From assembly GCA_040954595.2 (NCBI GenBank), contig CM082587.2, forward strand, positions 1 to 64,000: a DNA stretch of 64,000 nt, read 5' to 3'. Each line of letters begins with the position of its first letter. Within the stretch, counting starts at the first letter, position 1. Position numbers and translations under genes: made by a program. The DNA comes from Balanoglossus misakiensis (taxonomy: Eukaryota > Animalia > Hemichordata). This document shows, one piece after another, positions 35,801-46,732 of this stretch. The notes beneath the pieces were generated by a model that had not been told where the DNA came from, made no database searches, and was given only the letters and a program-made list of their open reading frames with translations.

Positions 35801-37410
35801 GAATCTGGGCAAAGTTGCCTGCGACTTCCGGTCGTAACGGCGCGGTGAATCCGGGCCAAGTTGATGGCGACTTCCTGTGAATCCGGGCCAAGTTGCCGGC
35901 GACTTCCTGTCGTAACGGCGTGGTGAATCTGGGCAAAGTTGCCGGCGACTTCCGGTCGTAACGGCGCGGTGAATCTGGGCCAAGTTGCCGTTGATTTCCT
36001 GTGGTAACGGCGCGGTGAATCTGGGCCAAGTTGATGGCGACTTCCTGTGAATCCGGGCCAAGTTGCCGGCGACTTCCGGTGGTAATGGCGCGGTGAAACT
36101 GAGCCAAGTTGCCGGCGACTTCCTGTCGTAACGGCGCGGTGAATCTGGGCAAAGTTGCCGGCGACTTCCGGTCGTAACGGCGCGGTGAATCCGGGCCAAG
36201 TTGATGGCGACTTCCTGTGAATCCGGGCCAAGTTGCCGGCGACTTCCTGTCGTAACGGCGCGGTGAATCTGGGCAAAGTTGCCGGCGACTTCCGGTCGTA
36301 ACGGCGCGGTGAATCCGGGCCAAGTTGCCAGAGACTTCCTGTGAATCCGGGCCAAGTTGCCAGCGACTTCCGGTGGTAACGGCGCGGTGAACCTGGGCCA
36401 AGTTGCCGGCGACTTCCTGTCGTAACGGCGCGGTGAATCTGGGCAAAGTTGCCGGCGACTTCCGGTCGTAACGGCGCGGTGAATCCGGGCCAAGTTGCCG
36501 GCGACTTCCGGTGGTAACGGCGCGGTGAATCTGGGCTAAGTTGCCGTTGATTTCCTGTGGTAACGGCGCGGTGAATCTGGACCAAGTTGATGGCGACTTC
36601 CTGTGAATCCGGGCCAAGTTGCCGGCGACTTCCGGTGGTAATGGCGTGGTGAAACTGAGCCAACTTGCCGGCGACTTCCTGTCGTAACGGCGCGGTGAAT
36701 CTGGGCAAAGTTGCCGGCGACTTCCGGTCGTAACGGCGCGGTGAATCCGGGCCAAGTTGATGGCGACTTCCTGTGAATCCGGGCCAAGTTGCCGGCGACT
36801 TCCTGTCGTAACGGCGCGGTGAATCTGGGCAAAGTTGCCGGCGACTTCCGGTCGTAACGGCGCGGTGAATCCGGGCCAAGTTGCCGGAGACTTCCTGTGA
36901 ATCCGGGCAAAGTTGCCAGCGACTTCCGGTGGTAACGGCGCGGTGAAACTGGGCCAAGTTGCCGGCGACTTCCTGTCGTAACGGCGCGGTGAATCTGGGC
37001 AAAGTTGCCGGCGACTTCCGGTGGTAACGGCACGGTGAAACTGGGCCAAGTTGCCGGCGACTTCCTGTCGTAACGGCGCGGTGAATCTGGCCAAAGTTGC
37101 CGGCGACTTCCGGTCGTAACGGCGCGGTGAATCCGGGCCAAGTTGCCGGCGACTTCCGGTCGTAACGGCGCGGTGAATCCGGGCCAAGTTGATGGCGACT
37201 TCCTGTGAATCCGGGCCAAGTTTCCGGCGACTTCCGGTGGTAACGGCGCGGTGAAACTGGGCCAAGTTGCCGGCGACTTCCTGTCGTAACGGCGCGGTGA
37301 ATCTGGGCAAAGTTGCCGGCGACTTCCGGTCGTAACGGCGCGGTGAATCCGGGCCAAGTTGCCGGCGACTTCCGGTGGTAACGGCGCGGTGAATCTGGGC
37401 CAAGTTGATG
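23865..37410. repeat. 46-bp CpG-rich satellite with 32-bp deletion variants, ~300 units
   Basis: Consensus GTGAATCTGGGCCAAGTTGCCGGCGACTTCCGGTCGTAACGGCGCG (7 CpG). The short form GTGAATCCGGGCCAAGTTGATGGCGACTTCCT lacks GTCGTAACGGCGCG. Confidence 0.97.
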
Positions 37411-37625
37411 GGAGCAGACTGGAGGGGGACTGGAGCAGACTTGAGGGGGACTGGAGCAGACTGGAGGGGGACTGGAGCATGCTGGAGGGGGACTGGAGCA
37501 GACTGGAGGGGGACTGGAGCAGACTGGAGGGGGATTGGAGCAGACTGGAGGGGGACTGGAGCATGCTGGAGGGGGACTGGAGCAGACTGGAGGGGGACTG
37601 GAGCAGACTGGAGGGGGACTGGAGT
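37411..37625. repeat. 21-bp purine-rich minisatellite, ~10 copies
   Basis: Unit GGAGCAGACTGGAGGGGGACT. Confidence 0.95.
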
Positions 37626-38470
37626 AACGGGGCAGGGTTGGGGTCAAGTGTCTGCGGCATGGTGGGGTGTAATGGGGCAGGGTTGGGGTCAAGTGTCTGC
37701 GGCAACGGCGGGGTGTAACTGGGCAGGGTTGAGGTCAAGTGTCTGAGGCAACGGCGGGAATGTAACGGGGCTGGGTTGGGGTCAAGTGCCTGCAGCAACG
37801 GCAGGATGGAATGGGGCAGGGTTGGGGTCAAGTGTCTGCGGCAACGGCGGGGTGTAACGGGGCAGGGTTGGGGTCAAGTGTCTGCGGCAACGGCTCGGTT
37901 GAACGGGGCAGGGTTGGGGTCAAGTGTCTGCGGCAACGGCGCGGTGGAACGGGGCAGGGTTGGGGTAAAATGTCTGACACAACGGCGGGGTGTAACTGGG
38001 CAGGGTTGGGGTCAAGTGTCTGCGGCAATGGCGGGTTGGAACGGGGCAGGGTAGGGTCAAGTGTCTGCGCCAACGGCGGGGTGTAACGGGGCAGGGTTGG
38101 GGTCAAGTTTCTGAGGCAACGGCGGGATGTAACGGGGCAGGGTTGGGGTCAAGTGTCTGCGGCATGGCGGGGTGTAATGGGGCAGGGTTGGGGTCAAGTG
38201 TCTGCGGCATGGCGGGGTGTAATGGGGCAGGGTTGGGGTCAAGTGTCTGCGGCAACGGCGGGGTGTAACTGGGCTTGGTTGGGGTCAAGTGTCTGAGGCA
38301 ACGGCGGGGTGTAACGGGGCAGGGTTGGGGTCAAGTGTCTGCGCCATGGCGGGGTCGAACGGGGCAGGGTTGGGGTCAAGTGTCTGCCGAAACGGCGGGG
38401 TGGAATGGGGCAGGGTTGGGGTCAAGTGTCTGCCGCAACGGCAGGGTGGAACGGGTCAGGGTTGGGGTCA
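37626..38470 (+). repeat. 46-bp G-rich minisatellite (G-quadruplex-capable), ~18 copies
   Basis: Unit GGGGCAGGGTTGGGGTCAAGTGTCTGCGGCAACGGCGGGGTGTAAC; more diverged than the distal arrays. Confidence 0.93.
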
Positions 38471-39300
38471 TAAATGCATACATAGAGGACATTTCTGTAC
38501 CCATACATTTCAAATTTATTAATTTTCCTGACCTTCACTATCAGGTTTTGGGAATGACAGGTAATTGAAATTGAATTAAAATACAATACGTAACATATTT
38601 TCATCTGTGAACTTTTAACTGGTGAACAAATTGGAGCCCATTATTAAAAAGAGTTTCCCTGAGCCTGTTTATACCATACCATCCTAAGTATTAGTTATTA
38701 GGGTAAGGGTTAGGGTAAGGGTTAAGGTTAGGGTTAGAGTTAGAGTTAGGGTTAGGGTTAGGGTTAGTGTTTGAGTTGGCTGGCTGAAATGGCACAAACA
38801 ATTTCAGAGATTGAATCAATTTGCTTTGACTGCAAAATTCACTGAACAAAGTTTGCTCTGTGCAAACTTGTGATTCTAAGAAACACTGTATCTATGGACA
38901 TTTAGGCTACAGTTAGATAAGTAATACTGTGTCCTAATCTGAATCCTTCCTTATCATAACATATAACCAGTGGGCTCAAGGGAACATGTAAGGAAAGTCA
39001 ATGTCATAATCCCCACTGGATAAATAGATTAAACAGCAACATTCTCTGTTTTTTTATCTTTTAGAGATTAATTTCGTTTGATACAGAATGATGAAGTTAA
39101 AAATCATTATTTTTAACACAGAAATCTAATGCAAGTATTCAATGTATAGTTGACAACATTCAAAGCTCAAAAAGAGAGATTGTGACACTTTAATAGAAAA
39201 CTGGACAGAAGACAATCTATAAGTTTTCTCAACATTCTCATTATAAACTCCTAAAATGCTGACTGACAATCTATGTCTTCTCTTTATCTGGCATTCAGAC
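38471..39300 (+). repeat. AT-rich segment, copy 1 of a diverged direct duplication (copy 2 at ~46725-47957)
   Basis: Collinear shared blocks such as AATTTTCCTGACCTTCACT.TCAGGTTTTGGGA, TGGCTGAAATGGCACAAACA, ATGGACATTTAGGCTACAGTTA and AAAACTGGAC.GAA. Confidence 0.88.
38698..38767 (+). repeat. Short interstitial telomeric sequence, inverted relative to the terminal telomere
   Basis: About 11 hexamers (TTAGGG, TAAGGG, TTAAGG, TTAGAG) with the G-rich strand on +. Confidence 0.9.
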
Positions 39301-42300
39301 TTCATCTGCCAAGATGCAAGTATTTCATTGGGTTACTGGTAGACCAAGTCCTTGTCCATTTCTACTATCATCATCATTTGGAAAATCACCAGTCTTCACA
39401 CTTCAGCTTCAGCTAAGAAAGAAAGAGAAAAAATAGATTCGCGTTTAATGAATGAAGTGGGGACACGTTTTATAGAATTGATTCATTCAGCTTAAGTTAA
39501 ATTTGGATGTGTTCCAATACTACACGCACTCGTATAATAATGATTACAAACCTGTACATTTTCTTCATTTGAAAACCAGATATGGTCATCTGCCATCATG
39601 CAAATAGTTTATGGGGTGAGTGCAAGACCAAGTCCTTGTCCACTTCTAACAATGGCAACATTCAGATACACAACATCAGCCTGCACTCTTCGCCATATTC
39701 TAACAAAAGTACAGAAAAATGTTATCAATGATTAATGAACAAATTGGCGAAAGATTGTATAAATTGATTCAATTAGTTAAATTTGGATTTGTTCCAACAC
39801 TATATACAATCTTAAAATGTTGATTGCAAACCTGTATGTTTTCTTTATTTGACATCCAAATATCTTCATCTGCCATCATGCAAGTAGTTTATTGGGTGAC
39901 TGAAAGACCATGTCCATGTCCACTTCTACCAATGGCAACATTCAGATACACAACATCAGCCTGCACTCTTCGCCATATTCTAACAAAACAACAGAAACAA
40001 AAATTATTCATGATCAATAAAAAAAGTGGTGACATATTTTATAAAATTGATTCAATGAGTTAAGTTTGGATTTGTTCCAACACTATATACACTCATAAAA
40101 TGTTGACTGCAAACCTGTATGTGTTCATTATTTGACATCCAAATATCTTCATCTGCCATCATGCAAGTAGTTTATTGGGTGACTGGGAAACCATGTCCTT
40201 GTCCACTTCTACCATTGGCAACATTCAGATACACAACATCACCCTGCAGTCTTCGCAATATTCTAACAAAACAACAGAAAAAAAAATTATTCATGATCAA
40301 TGAACAAAGTGGTGACATATTTTATAAAATTGATTCAATGAGTTAAGTTTGGATTTGTTCCAACACTATATACACTCTTAAAATGTTGACTGCAAACCTG
40401 TATGTGTTCTTTATTTGACATCCAAATATCTTCATCTGCCATCATGCAAGTAGTTTATTGGGTGACTGGGAAACCAAGTCCTTGTCCACTTCTACCAATG
40501 GCAACATTCAGATACACAACATCAGCCTGCACTCTTTGCCATATTCTAACAAAACAACAGAAAAAAAAATATTCATGATCAATGAACAAAGTGGTGACAT
40601 ATTTTATAAAATTGATTCAATGATTTAAGTTTGGATTTGTTCCAACACTATATACACTCTTAAAATGTTGATTGCAAACCTGTATGTTTTCTTTATTTGA
40701 CATCCAAATATCTTCATCTGCCATCATGCAGAGTTTATTGAGTGAATGCAAGACCAAGTCCTTGTCCACTACTACCAATGGCAACATTCAGATACACATC
40801 ATCAGCCTGCACTCTTCGCCATATTCTAACAAAAGAACAGAAAAATATTATCCATGATTAATGAACAAATTGGCGAAAGATTGTATAAATTGATTCGATG
40901 GGTTAAATTTGGATTTGTTCCAATACTATATACACTCTTAAAATGTTGACTGCAAACCTGTATGTTTTCTTTATTTAACATCCAAATATCTTCATCTGCC
41001 ATCATGCAGGATGTTTATTGGCTGACTGCAAGACCAAGTCCTCGTCCACTTCTACCGTTGGCACCATTTAGAAATTAAACATCAGTCTTCATGCTTGACC
41101 TTGCTTCATCTCCCATCATGGAAGTACTTTATTGGCTGACTGGAAGACCATGTCCTTGTCCACTTCTACCATTGGCAACATTCAGATACACAACATCACC
41201 ATGCACTCTTCGCCATATTCTAACAAAACAACAGACACAAATTATTCATGATCAATAAAAAAAGTGGTGACATATTTTATAAAATTGATTCAATGAGTTA
41301 AGTTTGGATTTGTTCCAACACAATATACACTCTTAAAATGTATACTGCAAACCTGTATGTGTTCTTTATTTGACATCCAAATATCTTCATCTGCCATCAT
41401 GCAAGTAGTTTATTGGGTGACTGGGAAACCAAGTCCTTGTCCACTTCTACCAATGGCAACATTCAGATACACAACATCAGCCTTCACTCTTTGCCATATT
41501 CTAACAAAACAACAGAAAAAGAAATATTCATGATCAATGAACAAAGTGATGACATATTTTATAAAATTGATTCAATGAGTTAAGTTTGGATTTGTTCCAA
41601 CACTATATACACTCTTAAAATGTTGATTGCAAACCTGTATGTTTTCTTTATTTGACATCCAAATATCTTCATCTGCCATCATGCAGAGTTTATTGGGTGA
41701 AAGCAAGACCAAGTCCTTGTCCACTTCTAACAATGAAAACATCCAGATACACAACATCAGCCTGCACTCTTCGCCATATTCTAACAAAACAACAGACACA
41801 AATTATTCATGATCAATGAACAAAGTGGTGACATATTTTATAAAATTGATTCAATGAGTTAAGTTTTGATTTGTTCCAACACTATATACACTCTTAAAAT
41901 GTTGACAGCAAACCTGTATGTGTTCTTTATTTGACATCCAAATATCTTCATCTGCCATCATGCAGAGTTTATTGGGTGAAAGCAAGACCAAGTCCTTGTC
42001 CACTTCTAACAATGAAAACATCCAGATACACAACATCAGCCTGCACTCTTCGCCATATTCTAACAAAAGAACAGAAAAATGTTATCCATGATTAATGATC
42101 AAATAGGCGAAAGATTGTATAAATTGATTCAATGAGTTAAGTTTGGATTTGTTCCAACACTATATACAATCTTAAAATGTTGATTGCAAACCTGTATGTG
42201 TTCATTATTTGACATCCAAATATCTTCATCTGCCATCATGCAAGTAGTTTATTGGGTGACTGGGAAACCATGTCCTTGTCCACTTCTACCATTGGCAACA

Positions 42301-45300
42301 TTCAGATACACAACATCAGCCTGCAGTCTTCGCAATATTCTAACAAAACAACAGAGAAAAACATTTATTTATGATCAATGAACAAAGTGTTGACATATTT
42401 TATAAAATTGATTCAATGAGTTAAGTTTGGATTTGTTCCAACACTATATACACTCTTAAAATGTTGACTGCAAACCTGTATGTGTTCTTTATTTGACATC
42501 CAAATATCTTCATCTGCCATCATGCAAGTAGTTTATTGGGTGACTGGGAAACCATGTCCTTGTCCACTTCTACCAATGGCAACATGCAGATACACAACAT
42601 CAGCCTGCACTCTTCGCCATATTCTCACAAAACAGAAAAAAATTATTCATGATCAATGAACAAAGTGGTGACATATTTTATAAAATTGATTCAATGAGTT
42701 AAGTTTTGATTTGTCCCAACACTATATACACTCTTAAAATGTTGACTGCAAACCTTTATGTTTTCTTTATTTGACATCCAATTATCTTCATCTGCCATCA
42801 TGCAAGTAGTTTATTGGCTGACTGGAAGACCATGTCCTTGTCCACTTCTACCAATGGCAACATTTAGATACACAACATCAGCCTGCACTCTTCGCCATAT
42901 TCTAACAAAACAACAGAAAAAAAATTATTCATGATCAATGAACAAAGTGGTGACATATTTTATAAAATTGATTCAATGCGTTAAGTTTGGATTTGTTCCA
43001 ACACTATATACAGTCTTAAAATGTTGACTGCATACCTGTATGTTTTCTTTATTTGACATCCAAATATCTTCATCTGCCATCATGCAAGTAGTTTATTGGG
43101 TGACTGGGAAACCATGTCCTTGTCCACTTCTACCAATGGCAACATTCAGATACACAACATCAGCCTGTATTCTTCGCCATATTCTAACAAAACAACAGAA
43201 AAAAAATTATTCATGATCAATGAACAAAATGGTGACATATTTTATAAAATTGATTCAATGAGTTAAGTTTGGATTTGTTCCAACACTATATACACTCTTG
43301 AAATGTTGACTGCAAACCTGTATTTTTTCTTAATTTGACATCCAAATATCTTCATCTGCTATCATACAGAGTTTATTAGGTGAAAGCAAGACCAAGTCCT
43401 TGTCCACTTCTACCAATGGCAACATTCAGATACACAACATCAGCCTGCACTCTTTGGCATATTCTAACAAAACAACAGAAAAAAAATTATTCATGATCAA
43501 TGAACAAAGTGGTGACATATTTTATAAAATTGATTCAATGAGTTAAGTTTGAATTTGTTCCAATACTATATACACTTGTTGACTGCAAACCTGTACGTTT
43601 TCTTCATTTGACATCCATATATCTTCATCTGCCATCATGCAAGTTGTTAATTGGCTGACTGCAAGACCAAGTCCTTGTCCACTTCTACCGTTGGCACCAT
43701 TTAGAAATTAAACATCATTCTTCATGCTTGAACTTGCTTCATCTGCCATCATGCAAGTACTTTATTGGCTGACTGGAAGACGAAGTCCTTGTCCACTTCT
43801 ACCATTGGCAACATTCAGATACACAACATCAGCCTGCACTCTTCGCCATATTCTAACAAAACAACAGAAAAAAATGTATTCATGATCAATGAACAAAGTC
43901 AAGACATAGTTTATAAAATTGATTCAATGAGTTAAGTTTGGATTTGTTCCAACTCTATATACACACTTAAAATTTTGACTGCATACCTGTATGTTTTCTT
44001 TATTTGACATCCAAATATCTTCATCTGCCATCATGCAAGTACTTTATTGGCTGACTGGAAGACCAAGTCCTTGTCCACTTCTACCATTGGCAACATTCAG
44101 ATACACAACATCAGCCTGCACTCTTCGCCATATTCTAACAAAACAACAGAAAAAAAATTATTCATGATCAATGAACAAAGTCGTGACATAGTTTATAAAA
44201 TTGATTCAATGAGTTAAGCTTGGATTTGTTCCAACACTATATACACTCTTAAAATGTTGACTGCAAACCTTTATGTTTTCTTAATTTGACATCCAAATAT
44301 CTTCATCAGCCATCATGCAAGTAGTTTATTGGGTGACTGGGAAACCAAGTCCTTGTCCACTTCTACCAATGGCAACATTCAGATACACAACATCAGCCTG
44401 CACTCTTTGCCATATTCTAACAAAATAACAGAAAAAAAATTATTCATGATCAATGAACAAAGTGGTGACATATATTATTAAATTGATTCAATGAGTTAAG
44501 CTTGGATTTGTTCCAACACTATATACACTCTTAAAATGTTGACTGCAAACCTTTATGTTTTCTTAATTTGACATCCAAATATCTTCATCAGCCATCATGC
44601 AAGTAGTTTATTGGGTGACTGGGAAACCAAGTCCTTGTCCACTTCTACCAATGGCAACATTCAGATACACAACATCAGCCTGCACTCTTCGGCATATTCT
44701 AACAAAACAACAGAAAAAAAATTATTCATGATAAATGAACAAAGTGGTGACATATTTTATAAAATTGATTCAATGAGTTAAGTTTGAATTTGTTCCAATA
44801 TACACTTGTTGCCTGCAAACCTGTACGTTTTCTTCATTTGACATCCATATATCTTCATCTGCCATCATGCAAGTTTTTTATTGGCTGACTGCAAGACCAA
44901 GTCCTTGTCCACTTCTACCATTGGCACCATTTAGAAATTAAACATCATTCTTCATGCTTGAACTTGCTTCATCTGCCATCATGGAAGTACTTTATTGGCT
45001 GACTGGGAAACCAAGTCCTTGTAAACTTCTACCAATGGCAACATTCAGATACACAACATTAGCCTGCACTCTTCGCCATATTCTAACAAAACAACAGAAA
45101 AAAATTATTCATGATCAATGAACAAAGTGGTGACATATTTTATAAAATTGATTCAATGAGTTAAGTTTTGATTTGTTCCAACACTATATACACTCTTAAA
45201 ATGTTGACTGCAAACCTTTATGTTTTCTTTATTTGACATCCAAATATCTTCATCTGCCATCATGCAAGTAGTTTATTGGGTGACTGGGAAACCATGTCCT

Positions 45301-46270
45301 TGTCCACTTCTACCAATGGCAACATGCAGATACACAACATCAGCCTGCACTCTTCGCCATATTCTAACAAAACAACAGAAAAAAAATTATTCATGATCAA
45401 TGAACAAAATGGTGACATATTTTATAAAATTGATTCAATGAGTTAAGTTTGGATTTGTTCCAACACTATATACACTCTTAAAATGTTGACTGCAAACCTG
45501 TATTTTTTCTTAATTTGACATCCAAATATCTTCATCTGCTATCATACAGAGTTTATTAGGTGAAAGCAAGACCAAGTCCTTGTCCACTTCTACCAATGGC
45601 AACATTCAGATACACAACATCAGCCTGCACTCTTTGGCATATTCTAACAAAACAATAGAAAAAAAATTATTCATGATCAATGAACAAAGTGGTGACATAT
45701 TTTATAAAATTGATTCAATGAGTTAAGTTTGAATTTGTTCCAATATACACTTGTTGCCTGCAAACCTGTACGTTTTCTTCATTTGACATCCATATATCTT
45801 CATCTGCTATCATACAGAGTTTATTAGGTGAAAGCAAGACCAAGTCCTTGTCCTCTTCTACCAATGGCAACATTCAGATACACAACATCAGCCTGCACTC
45901 TTCGGCATATTCTAACAAAACAACAGAAAAAAAATTATTCATGATCAATGAACAAAGTGGTGACATATTTTATAAAATTGATTCAATGAGTTAAGTTTGA
46001 ATTTGTTCCAATATACACTTGTTGCCTGCAAACCTGTACGTTTTCTTCATTTGACATCCATATATCTTCATCTGCCATCATGCAAGTTGTTTATTGGCTG
46101 ACTGCAAGACCAGGTCCTTGTCAACTTCTACCGTTGGCACCATTCAGAAATTATACATCAGTCTTCATGCTTGCTTGAACTTGCTTCATCTGCCATCATG
46201 CAAGTACTTTATTGGCTGGCTAGAAAATCAAGTCCTGGTCCACTTCTACCATTGGCATCATTTGGAATTT
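39245..46270. repeat. ~283-bp AT-rich tandem satellite, ~23-24 units, some with a ~100-bp internal duplication
   Basis: The marker TTCAATGA.TTAAGTTTGGATTTGTTCCAACAC recurs at 40051, 40334 and 40616 (283/282-bp period); edge units are degenerate. Confidence 0.93.
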
Positions 46271-46469
46271 TGTCGTCATCCTTCCTGCTTAACTTAAAGC
46301 AATTATACTTCAATTGTTAGTTTCTGTTATATTATAGCACACTAGTAAACAATTACCAAAAATTTGCTAAACTTATCTACCATCACGGTTGGAAAGCTTC
46401 TCAACTATTGTAGACATTGGGAGAACTTCATGACAAGATAAAATTCGGACAAGGATACATTAGGGATTC

Positions 46470-46626
46470 ACATACACATACATTACATAGATGCATACAT
46501 TACATACATGCATACATACATTACATACATTACATACATTGCATACATACATACATACATACATACATACATACATACATACATACATACATACATACAT
46601 TACATACATTACATACATTACATACA

Positions 46627-46657
<31 letters not shown>

Positions 46658-46732
46658 CATACATACATACATACATACATACATACATACATACATACAT
46701 ACATACATACATACATACATACATACATACAT
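46470..46732 (+). repeat. (TACA)n microsatellite with TACATTACA variants
   Basis: Read directly. Confidence 0.97.

Noticed and set aside
781-37410. CRISPR-like repeat-spacer array
   Set aside because: The spacers are identical rather than unique, no cas genes are present, and the context is a eukaryotic telomere.
18123-37831. Very long minus-strand ORFs (up to 2434 aa)
   Set aside because: The 46/32-bp unit lacks stops on the minus strand in all frames, so overlapping ORFs occur in all three frames with the same peptide words. Unit lengths are not multiples of 3, most starts are non-ATG, and no domain is recognisable.
37359-38568. Extensin-like (CSSPPPV)n and Gly-rich ORFs
   Set aside because: Translations of the 21-bp and 46-bp minisatellites; no splice or start context supports them.
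39824-46297. Short repeated ORFs in the 283-bp satellite
   Set aside because: Frames and stops vary between units, and there is no consistent splice-flanked exon or domain.
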